The position numbers and the translations under genes were made by a program. A stretch of 64,000 bases of DNA, from positions 933,896 to 997,895 of the forward strand of contig NZ_CBDCEO010000012.1 in the NCBI RefSeq assembly GCF_965215815.1, given 5' to 3'. The notes under the pieces were generated by a model, which saw only the letters and a program-made list of their open reading frames with translations, was not told where the DNA came from and ran no database searches. This DNA is from Candidatus Poriferisodalis sp. GTDB taxonomy: Bacteria > Actinomycetota > Acidimicrobiia > Acidimicrobiales > Poriferisodalaceae. Position 1 is the stretch's first letter. Every line of letters starts with the position of its first letter. Positions 18,001 to 26,567 of this stretch are shown in pieces.

Positions 18001-19710
18001 ATGCACACTCATCGTGTGAGCACCGAACACGGCGTATACCTCGACTTCTTCGGCGATCCTCGTCCGTGGCGGCATTGGGCTCTTCGGGTGGACGGTCCGG
18101 TCGCCACGCTCTCCATGGGAGTGCAGCCCGACGGCGGCATCTTCGAGGGCTGTGAGCTGAAGCTGAACAGCTACGACATGGGCGTCGAGCTGGAGTTCGC
18201 CGACGCCATCCGCCGCATCCGCTTCGAGCACCCGAGCGTCGGATGCGTCGTGATCGAAAGCGGCTACGACGGGGTCTTCTGTGCCGGCGCCAACATCCGT
18301 GCGCTGGCAGCCGCGACGCATGCCCACAAGGTGAACCTCTGCAAGTTCACCAATGAGACCCGGCTGGAGCTCGAAGAGGCCTCCGCCCTCAGTGGGCTGC
18401 GATTCCTCGCGGCGGTGGGTGGTGCGTGCTCGGGCGGCGGTTACGAACTGGCGCTCGCCACCGACCACATCCTGCTCGTGGACGATCGCAACACTGCAGT
18501 GTCACTACCCGAAGTGCCGCTGCTCGGTGTCCTGCCCGGCACCGGCGGACTGACCCGGCTGACCGACAAGCGGCACGTTCGCCGCGACCGGGCCGATGTG
18601 TTCGCCACCAAGGCCGAAGGATTGCGGGGACAGGTGGCACTCGAATGGGGCCTGGTCGACGAGTTGGCGCCGCGGACGACGTTTGCCGAGGCGGCGAGCG
18701 CGCGGGCGGCTGCATTGGCTGCGAAGAGCCGCGCCACAGGCCCCTCTGCAGACAGCGAACCGGTGGCGCTCGAGCCGCTCGACTTGCGCCCCAATGATGA
18801 CGGCAGCGTGATCGGTGAGTTCGTGGCGATGGCACCGGATCGTGAACGCGCGTGCGCCGAGGTGCTGATCACAGCAAGCCCCGACCCCGCGTGGCCGTTG
18901 CGAGCCGCACGGGAGCTAGATGCGCTGCTGTGCCATCTTCGCTTCAACGAGACCGATCTGGGCACCATCGTGCTGCTCACCGGCGGCAGCCACACAGACG
19001 TGACAGTCCACGAACGTGCGCTGCGCGAACCCGCCAGCCATGCCGAGCTCGAGACCGCACTGCTGTGGCGCCGGACACTGTCTCGCCTCGACCTCACTGC
19101 TCGCACACTCATCGCTGCAATCGAGCCTGGCTCGTGCTTCGCCGGCGTGCTTGCCGAGCTGGCACTGGCTGGCGACCGCACGTACATCCTCGACGGCGAG
19201 TTTGTCGACGACCGTCCCGGCGATGCCGTGGGAGCGCGCGTGCGTGCCCTGCGAGGCGAGGTGATCGGACCTCATGAGCCCGCCGTCCTGTTGTGCTCCG
19301 AGCTCAGCCTGGGAACGATGCCCATGGCCAACGGCCTCACACGGCTGCAGTCGCGGCTGTGGGGCGACGAAACAGCCATTGCCGCAGCCGCCCGCACCAT
19401 CGGTACCCCGCTCGACGCGCAGGCCGCTGCTGAGGCTGGCTTGGCGACCTCGACGCCCGACGACCTCGACTGGGATGACGACTTGCGGTTGGCGATCGAA
19501 GAGCGCGCGGCCTTCTCTCCCGATGCGCTGACCGCCATGGAGGCCAACCACCGGTTCTGCGGCCCCGAGACCATGGCGACGAAGATCTTCGGGCGGTTGT
19601 CGGCCTGGCAGAACTGGATCTTCATTCGTCCGAACGCAACCGGACCACAGGGCGCGTTGACCCGCTACGGCACCGGGACTCGCCCGATCTACGCCCAAGA
19701 CCGCGTCTAA
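18001..19710 (+). CDS. boxC: 2,3-epoxybenzoyl-CoA dihydrolase / benzoyl-CoA-dihydrodiol lyase
   Basis: This is a ~569-aa double-crotonase-type protein (VFCAGANI..., SGGGYELALATDHILLVDD, LPEVPLLGVLPGTGGLTRL; C-terminus ...FGRLSAWQNWIFIRPNATG). Its size, motifs and position immediately upstream of boxB all fit BoxC. Confidence 0.85.
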   Translation: MHTHRVSTEHGVYLDFFGDPRPWRHWALRVDGPVATLSMGVQPDGGIFEGCELKLNSYDMGVELEFADAIRRIRFEHPSVGCVVIESGYDGVFCAGANIRALAAATHAHKVNLCKFTNETRLELEEASALSGLRFLAAVGGACSGGGYELALATDHILLVDDRNTAVSLPEVPLLGVLPGTGGLTRLTDKRHVRRDRADVFATKAEGLRGQVALEWGLVDELAPRTTFAEAASARAAALAAKSRATGPSADSEPVALEPLDLRPNDDGSVIGEFVAMAPDRERACAEVLITASPDPAWPLRAARELDALLCHLRFNETDLGTIVLLTGGSHTDVTVHERALREPASHAELETALLWRRTLSRLDLTARTLIAAIEPGSCFAGVLAELALAGDRTYILDGEFVDDRPGDAVGARVRALRGEVIGPHEPAVLLCSELSLGTMPMANGLTRLQSRLWGDETAIAAAARTIGTPLDAQAAAEAGLATSTPDDLDWDDDLRLAIEERAAFSPDALTAMEANHRFCGPETMATKIFGRLSAWQNWIFIRPNATGPQGALTRYGTGTRPIYAQDRV

Positions 19711-19779
19711 GGTCCCGCGTCTAACCTCGCTGGGCGGCAGTGACGCCCCGAGGGGCAGGCACCTCCCGCTGGAACGCAG

Positions 19780-21195
19780 ATGACCAAGGTCGACTACAGC
19801 GAGCGCATCCCCAACAATGTCGGACTCTCGCAGGATCGGCGGCTGCAGCGTGCGCTGGAGGGCTGGCAACCCAAATTCGCCCGTTGGTGGGACGAGTTGG
19901 GCCCCGCCGGCTTCTCGGGAAACGACGTCTACCTGCGCACCGCAACTGACACGAGTGCCGAAGGCTGGGCCCACTTCGACTACGTGAAGATGCCCGACTA
20001 CCGCTGGGGGATCTTCCTCTCGGCGCCCAAACCCGATCGCCGAATCGGCTTCGGCGAGTCGATGGGTGCGCCGTTATGGCAGGAGGTGCCCGGCGAGTTC
20101 CGCAGCGAGCTGCGCAGGCTGATCGTGGTCCAAGGCGACACCGAGCCAGCCTCGGTGGAACAGCAGCGCTACCTCGGCCAGACCGCTCCGTCGCTGTATG
20201 ACCTTCGCAACCTCTTCCAGATCAATGTCGAGGAGGGTCGCCACCTGTGGGCGATGGTGTACCTGCTCCACGCACACTTCGGCCGCGACGGCCGCGACGA
20301 GGCCGAGGCCCTGCTCGAGCGGCACTCGGGCGATCCCGACAATCCCCGCATCCTCAACGCCTTCAACGAGAAGACCTCCGACTGGCTCTCGTTTCTGGCG
20401 TTCACGTATTTCACCGACCGCGACGGCAAGTACCAGCTCGGTGCATTGGCCGAGTCGGCGTTCGATCCGCTCGCCAGGACGTGCGAATTCATGCTGCGCG
20501 AGGAAGCGCACCACATGTTCGTCGGCGCTACCGGCCTCGGCCGGGTTGCGCAGCGCACTTGCGAAGTGATCGTCGAGCACGACACCGACGACGTTCGCCC
20601 CTTCGGCGCCATCGACCTGCCGACGCTGCAGAAGTACATCAACTTCCACTACGCGGTCTCGCTCGACCTGTTCGGCGCCGAGGCTTCCACCAATGGTGCG
20701 AACTTCTACACCGCCGGACTCAAGGGACGCTTCGACGAAGCCAAGTACAACGACGACCATGTGCTCACGTCGTCCACGTTCACCTGCACTGAGGTGGTCG
20801 ACGGCGCCATGGCCACCGTGGAGCGGCCATCCCTGCAGGTGGTGAACCTGCAACTGCGCGACTCGTATTCCGAGGACTGCCAGAAGGGACTGCGGCGCTG
20901 GAACCGGCTGATCGCCGAGGCCGGCATTGACTTCGAGCTGACGCTGCCACACCCTGGTTTCAACCGCGCCGTGGGTGTGTTTGCCCCCTTCGACATCACG
21001 CCTGAGGGCCGCGTCGTCACCAGGGCTGAATGGGAGGCAACGTGTGAGGACTGGCTGCCCACTGACGCCGACCGCGACTACATCAACTCGCTCATGTCGC
21101 CCGTCTATGAGCCGGGGCGAATGGCCGCTTGGATCGCTCCCCCGGCTCGCGGCATCAACACCCGGCCCGTCGCCTACGAGTACGTGCGCCTGTAG
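19780..21195 (+). CDS. boxB: benzoyl-CoA 2,3-epoxidase, diiron oxygenase subunit B
   Basis: MTKVDYSERIPNNVGLSQDRRLQRALEGWQPKF...YVKMPDYRWGIFL...VVQGDTEPASVEQQRYLG...NVEEGRHLWAMVYLLH...FMLREEAHHMFVG. It is near-colinear with the BoxB sequences I recall from Azoarcus, and includes the ExxH diiron motifs. Confidence 0.93.
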   Translation: MTKVDYSERIPNNVGLSQDRRLQRALEGWQPKFARWWDELGPAGFSGNDVYLRTATDTSAEGWAHFDYVKMPDYRWGIFLSAPKPDRRIGFGESMGAPLWQEVPGEFRSELRRLIVVQGDTEPASVEQQRYLGQTAPSLYDLRNLFQINVEEGRHLWAMVYLLHAHFGRDGRDEAEALLERHSGDPDNPRILNAFNEKTSDWLSFLAFTYFTDRDGKYQLGALAESAFDPLARTCEFMLREEAHHMFVGATGLGRVAQRTCEVIVEHDTDDVRPFGAIDLPTLQKYINFHYAVSLDLFGAEASTNGANFYTAGLKGRFDEAKYNDDHVLTSSTFTCTEVVDGAMATVERPSLQVVNLQLRDSYSEDCQKGLRRWNRLIAEAGIDFELTLPHPGFNRAVGVFAPFDITPEGRVVTRAEWEATCEDWLPTDADRDYINSLMSPVYEPGRMAAWIAPPARGINTRPVAYEYVRL

Positions 21196-21200
21196 CCAGA

Positions 21201-22004
21201 ATGGACGTCGAAGACGGTCGCATCGGGATCGACGCGGTCGGCATCGCTTACCGCCGGCTCACTCCCGAATGCTCCGAAGCTGGGCACCCCAACGTCGACG
21301 GGAATCCCACGATCGTGATGCTGCACGAGGGGCTCGGCAGCATCACCCAATGGCGAGACCTGCCCGAGGTGCTGGCACGCCAGTGCGGACTCGAAGTCGT
21401 CGCCTACGACCGAGGCGGCTACGGACGGTCCGATCCGCTGCCAGCGAACTACAGCGACGGCTTCATGGAACGCGAGGCAACCGACGTCTTGCCTGCGGTG
21501 CTCGAGGCGCTCGCTGTGCGCCGACCCATCCTGATCGGCCACAGCGACGGAGCCTCGATCGCGCTCATCGCTGCCGCTCTGGGCTCGGTGACGCCACTCG
21601 GTGTGGCTGTCATCGCACCGCATGCGTTCATTGAAGACGTCTGCATTGAGGGCATCCGAGCGATTGACACCCAGAGCGACAAGGTCATTTCCGGACTTGC
21701 CCGCCATCACGACAACCCACGGCTCGCATTCGAGCGCTGGCGCGATGTCTGGCTGACCGATGAGTTCCGACACTGGGACATTCGGCCCCTGCTGGAACGC
21801 ATTGCCTGCGGGGTGCTGGTGCTGCAGGGAGACGGCGATCAGTACGGCACCGATGCCCAGGTGTGGACCATCACCCAGAATGTGAACGGTGCAACCGGGC
21901 ACATCATCGATGACTGCGGCCATGTCGCCCACCGCGACCAGCCCGAGAAGATCGCCGGTTACTTAGTCGAGTTCGTCTCGGACTGCCTCTCAACCGGAGG
22001 TTGA
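21201..22004 (+). CDS. alpha/beta-fold hydrolase (last gene of the box operon)
   Basis: It has IVMLHEGLGS and LIGHSDGASIAL (GxSxG), with a C-terminal D...H (DDCGHVAHRD). The ATG at 21201 lies 5 nt after the boxB stop. Confidence 0.75.
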   Translation: MDVEDGRIGIDAVGIAYRRLTPECSEAGHPNVDGNPTIVMLHEGLGSITQWRDLPEVLARQCGLEVVAYDRGGYGRSDPLPANYSDGFMEREATDVLPAVLEALAVRRPILIGHSDGASIALIAAALGSVTPLGVAVIAPHAFIEDVCIEGIRAIDTQSDKVISGLARHHDNPRLAFERWRDVWLTDEFRHWDIRPLLERIACGVLVLQGDGDQYGTDAQVWTITQNVNGATGHIIDDCGHVAHRDQPEKIAGYLVEFVSDCLSTGG

Positions 22005-22858
22005 CCGAGCACGGCCCCAAGCGCGTCGGCCGCGACGACGTCGGGTGCTTCGAACGGCCCGAAATGGCCCAGGCCCGCATAGGTGATCAGGCGTGAATTT
22101 GCCAGCACCTCATGGGCAGGGATGCCGGTGTCCTCGAAGGTCATTTCCAGCCCCTTGCCGATGACTACGTCGGTTTCGCTGCCTTGCAGGCGGGTGGTCG
22201 TCGAGGTCCACTCGCCGTCGTAGGTCGCCGCTTCGTCGGTCGCACGGCAGCGCAGGCGCACGGTTCCATCCGGCAGGTCTTCGAATCCGTTCATGATGTA
22301 GCTGTGCAGTGCGTCGGCCCGCACTCCACCGAATGGTGGCCGGGAGGCAAACCGCTCGAAGGCCTCGCCACGCGAAGAAAAGACCTCCCGGCGATTTGTG
22401 GTGACAGCGATCAAGGGGTTCTCGCCGGGCCCGAACACTTCCTCTGCACGCCACACGACGGGCTCGTAGCCGTACATGCGCCGGATGGTGCCGGGTCGCT
22501 GGGCGTCAGCCAGCAGCAGCGTTGCCGCGCCGATGGAGTGACCGACGCAGTCCAACTCGCCCGCAACGATGCCGAGATGGTCGATGATGGCCAGCAGGTC
22601 ACCCGCCAGCGTGGTCCACAGGAAGTCCCTGCCCGCGGGCGGCGGGCTCCAGCCGTGCGCTCGAAGGTCGGGCGCCCACACCGTGAAGTGCTCGGCGAGT
22701 CGACCGGTGAGCGGCCCATAGGTTCGGCCGTTGAAACCAGTGGCGTGCACGAACAGCAGCGGCGGCCCGGCTCCGCCGAGGCGGTGCAGCGCAAGCTCGA
22801 CACCGTCGGCCACGTGGACCATGTCGGGTGCCGGGATGCCGCCGTCGGGTCCACTCAT
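21959..22858 (-). CDS. alpha/beta-fold hydrolase
   Basis: LLFVHATGFNGRTY, CVGHSIGAATLL (GxSxG), GLGHFGPFEAP. It is a paralogue of 35132..35983. Its 3' end overlaps the convergent hydrolase gene by 46 nt. Confidence 0.75.
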   Translation of the reverse strand: MSGPDGGIPAPDMVHVADGVELALHRLGGAGPPLLFVHATGFNGRTYGPLTGRLAEHFTVWAPDLRAHGWSPPPAGRDFLWTTLAGDLLAIIDHLGIVAGELDCVGHSIGAATLLLADAQRPGTIRRMYGYEPVVWRAEEVFGPGENPLIAVTTNRREVFSSRGEAFERFASRPPFGGVRADALHSYIMNGFEDLPDGTVRLRCRATDEAATYDGEWTSTTTRLQGSETDVVIGKGLEMTFEDTGIPAHEVLANSRLITYAGLGHFGPFEAPDVVAADALGAVLGQPPVERQSETNSTK

Positions 22859-22890
22859 GTCTGGGAGACGTGTGTGCTAGCCATGCGCGC

Positions 22891-23643
22891 ATGAGTACTA
22901 CAGACGCCGCCCCGGCTGCCGAGCAATCCCCCGATCTTGAGTTCTTCTGGGATCCGGTCTGCCCGTTCGCCTGGATCACCTCGCGCTGGGTGGAGAAGGT
23001 GATCGCTCAGACCGGCTACTCCGTGGACTGGCGCTTCATCTCGTTGCGCGTCCTGAACCGGCACCGCGATTACGCCACTGAGTTCCCGCCGGGGTACGAG
23101 CAAGGACATACCGCGGGACTCCGGATGCTGCGAGTGGCCGCCAAGGTGCGAGCTGAGCTGGGCCGCGATCAGATGGGCCCGCTGTATGACGCAATGGGTC
23201 AGCACTACTGGGAGATGCCCAAGGGCTCGGGCCTGCGAGACCGCATTGGCACCGTGGAGCACACCGCGGAGGCACTGGCAACCGCCGGGCTGCCCACGGA
23301 GTACGCGTTTACGGTCGACGACGACTCCTGGGACGCCGAGATCTCCGCCGAGACCGAGCTGGCGCTGAGTCGCACCGGACGTGACGTCGGCACGCCGATC
23401 ATCACCTTTGAACCACCAGACGGTTTGTCGTTCTTCGGCCCGGTGATCTCGCGAGTTCCCTCCGACGAACAGGCAGTGCCGCTGTGGAATGCCGTCATCG
23501 AGCTGGCCCGCTTCCCGGGCTTTGCCGAGCTCAAGCGGTCACTGCGCGAGGCCCCGCAGCTGAACGTGCTCGGCACCCTCACCGACGCGCCCGAAATGGA
23601 GGATTGGGAAGCGGGTTCTCGCAAGGCCCACAAGCCGAGCTGA
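22891..23643 (+). CDS. DsbA-fold thiol oxidoreductase, Rv2466c-like (mycothiol-dependent reductase family), with a CPFA active-site motif
   Basis: FFWDPVCPFAWITSRWV...DVGTPIITF...FFGPVISRVP...FAELKR is colinear with the M. tuberculosis Rv2466c family as I recall it. The start is the ATG at 22891. Confidence 0.7.
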   Translation: MSTTDAAPAAEQSPDLEFFWDPVCPFAWITSRWVEKVIAQTGYSVDWRFISLRVLNRHRDYATEFPPGYEQGHTAGLRMLRVAAKVRAELGRDQMGPLYDAMGQHYWEMPKGSGLRDRIGTVEHTAEALATAGLPTEYAFTVDDDSWDAEISAETELALSRTGRDVGTPIITFEPPDGLSFFGPVISRVPSDEQAVPLWNAVIELARFPGFAELKRSLREAPQLNVLGTLTDAPEMEDWEAGSRKAHKPS

Positions 23644-23675
23644 GCAGGCTCCCCGACTCCGCGAGGCATCTTGGC

Positions 23676-26567
23676 TCAGGTGTCGAAACGATAGGCCTCA
23701 GCGCGGGGCTTGAGTGGGCGAGACAGCCACAGCGGGCGGCGGAGCCCTCCCGGACCAGGAGCGGGCCGCGTCATCGCGAGCCACTCCTCATACGCCTCCC
23801 GAGAGCGCGCCGTGTCAACTACGACATCGCCATAGCGATCGTCGGTTTCGGCCGGTCCCACATGCACCCGCTGGTGCCAACACTGCATGCCGGAGATCGG
23901 GTCGGGTTGCACTGAGAACGTCAGGTTCTGGTGCACTCCCGTGTCGTTCCACCACACCCGCTCGGAGTCGGGATCGGAGGAGGCGAACGGCGCCATCGAA
24001 CCCGTGCGGCGCATCCGCCACACGGTGCCGTCTCGGTCAATCTCTGCAGGGCCTCCGGCCCACGACCTCGGTCCCGCGCCATCACCATTGGGGCCCGAGC
24101 CACCGGCGGCAGCAGGATCGAGCCGCCAGCGACCCATGTGGTGCGATGCCGCTACCACGCCAGGGCGAATCCCCTCGGTTCGCCACGCCGAGATGACGAA
24201 ATGGCCGATGCGGGTGGTGATCCGCACGAGCCCGCCGACTCCGATGCCCAGAGCTTCGGCATCTGAGGGGTGGATCCAAAGCGGATGTCGATGACTGATC
24301 TCCGACAGCCACTTGGAGTTCGCAGACCGGGTGTGAATGAGCGTCGGGATGCGGAAGGTGGGTACCAGGATCCGCTCACTGCCTGCCAGATCCAGCTGCT
24401 GCCAGTGCACATGACTGGGAATCCAGCCGGGTGTCGCATGCTCGGGCCAGCCCCAGTCCGCCAATGTCGTCGAGTACAGCTCGAGTTTGCGGGAGGGCGT
24501 CGGGAATCCGTGACGGGCTGCTCCCGCAACCTGCACCGCCACTGAGCCATCCCCGAGCGGGGGCAGCGAGGTGTTCCCATCACGGATCGTGTTGCGCTGG
24601 GGCCGGTAGACGGCATCGTCACCGAGCACGGTGCCAGCGAGCTGCGAGGGCTGAACGACGCGCTCATGGTGACCATAGGGATCGCCTCGAACAGCGTAGG
24701 CGCCCCGGTCACGCATGAACTCGAGCGGGGTCTGTCCCGCGGCAGCAGCGTCGTGTGCCAAGCCCGGCACCTCGTCGGTGAAGATTGCCTCGTAGTACTC
24801 GTCGATGCTGATGGGCTCATCGGGCCGGGACGGGCTCTCGAACCACTGGCGGATGCCGAGCGAGCCGTCCGGATCAATCCGCCAGGACAGGTCAATCCAG
24901 AACTCGTTCTCCTCCCAGACCTCGCCTGGGTTGAACTCGTGGGTCCGGCTGTCGGGGCCGACCTCTTGGCCCCGCAGTTCGGCATACCGGCGCATGACCG
25001 GCTGGCGGAAGCCCAGCCATTGGCCTGCGTGAGTCTCGAACGATGCCAGATCGTGGCGCTCCGAGCCGACGCCCATCGGCAGCACGTAGTCGGCGAACCA
25101 CGCTGTCTCCGACCAGGTCGGCGTGAGCGAAACGTGGCAGCCCACGCGCTCAGGATCACTCAAGGCTTCCAGCCAGCTGAACCCGTCAGGGTTCGTCCAC
25201 ACCGGGTTGTAGACGCGCGTGAAGTAGGTGTCGAGCCGGCCCCTGCCCTCGCGCAGGAAATGCGGCAGCAGGATCGACATCTCGTGATGGCTGAGCGGGT
25301 ACTCACGTGGCCAGGACAGCTCGTTCCAGTGCCCGACCGGCGGCGGCCGCAGCGGCGGTGCCGGCTTGATCTTGTGCCAGCCAGCCCCAGTCGTGCCCCC
25401 TACGGTGCCGACTGACCCGGTGAGCACGTTGAGCAGGAACAGGCAGCGCGCCGTCTGCCATCCGCCGAGGTTGCCCGCCCCGGCGGCCCGCCAGGTGTGA
25501 GATGCGAAGCGACCGAATGCCCCTCCGATCGCCGCTGCGATCTCGCGCAGTTCGCCGGCGTCCACCCCGCACAGGTGTGCCGCGCGCTCAGGGGTGTAGC
25601 GGGCGTACGCGTCGCGCAGGGCCACCTCGACCGACTCGAATGTCGGCGGAAGATCGGGTCGAGTCTTGGCCAGGTAGGTCTGCCAGTTCGTCCAGCGGTG
25701 GACAAACGCACGGTCCCACGTGCCAGCCTCCAGCAGGAGGTGGGCCAGGCTCAGCAGCAGAACCGGTTCAGTGCCAGGCCACGCCGGCAGCCAGTGATCG
25801 GCCTTGGCTCCGGTGTTCGACAGCCTCGGATCGACGCAGATGACCGTGGCGCCGCGCTGCTGGGCCTCGATGATGCGCTGAGCGTGCGGATTGAAGTAGT
25901 GCCCTGCCTCGAGATGGCTCGAGATGAGGAAGATGACCTCGGCATTGGCAAAGTCCGATGAGGGGCGGTCATGCCCCATCCAGGTCGTATAGCCAACGCG
26001 GGCGTTGGAGGAACACACGTTGGTGTGGCTGTTGTGGCCGTCGATGCCCCATGCAGTCAGCACCCGTTCGGTGTAACCGTCCTCGCCGGGTCGGCCGACG
26101 TGATACATGATCTCGTCCCGGCGGTCTTCGACGATGGCTGTCCGGATCCGCGCCGCGATCTCGGTCAATGCCTCGTCCCAGCTGACGCGCTCCCAGCCTC
26201 CCCCACCGCGCTCGCCGGTTCGGCGCAGCGGGTACAGGATCCGCTCGGTGTCGTGGACCTGGTTGATCGTGGCCGGCCCCTTGGCGCAATTGCGTCCCCG
26301 CGATGCGGGGTGTTCGGGGTTCCCTTCGAATCGAACGACCTCGTCAGTGTCCCGGTCGATATAGGCGACCAGCCCGCATGCCGCCTCGCAGTTGAAGCAG
26401 GTGGTGGGCACCAGCGTGTAGTTGCGCTCGATGCGCTCGGGCCAGGAGGCTGCGTCGAGCTCGGTCCAGTGATGCCATTGCTCGTGCGGCGGCGAAGCCC
26501 TGAGCCCGATGCCATCGGGACCGCTGTGGGGGGAACCGGCGATGTCGGCGGCGGGGCGATCCGTCAT
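23676..26567 (-). CDS. molybdopterin (bis-MGD) oxidoreductase catalytic subunit, DMSO-reductase superfamily (Psr/Phs/Ttr-like); no Tat signal
   Basis: 963 aa. The N-terminal CFNCEAACG...(27)...CAKG is an FS0 4Fe-4S motif. It also has HTNVCSSNAR, VICVDPRLSNTGAKADHWLP, and a C-terminal MopB barrel region. The N-terminus MTDRPAADIAG has no RRxFLK. The start overlaps the upstream stop (ATGA). Confidence 0.85.
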   Translation of the reverse strand: MTDRPAADIAGSPHSGPDGIGLRASPPHEQWHHWTELDAASWPERIERNYTLVPTTCFNCEAACGLVAYIDRDTDEVVRFEGNPEHPASRGRNCAKGPATINQVHDTERILYPLRRTGERGGGGWERVSWDEALTEIAARIRTAIVEDRRDEIMYHVGRPGEDGYTERVLTAWGIDGHNSHTNVCSSNARVGYTTWMGHDRPSSDFANAEVIFLISSHLEAGHYFNPHAQRIIEAQQRGATVICVDPRLSNTGAKADHWLPAWPGTEPVLLLSLAHLLLEAGTWDRAFVHRWTNWQTYLAKTRPDLPPTFESVEVALRDAYARYTPERAAHLCGVDAGELREIAAAIGGAFGRFASHTWRAAGAGNLGGWQTARCLFLLNVLTGSVGTVGGTTGAGWHKIKPAPPLRPPPVGHWNELSWPREYPLSHHEMSILLPHFLREGRGRLDTYFTRVYNPVWTNPDGFSWLEALSDPERVGCHVSLTPTWSETAWFADYVLPMGVGSERHDLASFETHAGQWLGFRQPVMRRYAELRGQEVGPDSRTHEFNPGEVWEENEFWIDLSWRIDPDGSLGIRQWFESPSRPDEPISIDEYYEAIFTDEVPGLAHDAAAAGQTPLEFMRDRGAYAVRGDPYGHHERVVQPSQLAGTVLGDDAVYRPQRNTIRDGNTSLPPLGDGSVAVQVAGAARHGFPTPSRKLELYSTTLADWGWPEHATPGWIPSHVHWQQLDLAGSERILVPTFRIPTLIHTRSANSKWLSEISHRHPLWIHPSDAEALGIGVGGLVRITTRIGHFVISAWRTEGIRPGVVAASHHMGRWRLDPAAAGGSGPNGDGAGPRSWAGGPAEIDRDGTVWRMRRTGSMAPFASSDPDSERVWWNDTGVHQNLTFSVQPDPISGMQCWHQRVHVGPAETDDRYGDVVVDTARSREAYEEWLAMTRPAPGPGGLRRPLWLSRPLKPRAEAYRFDT

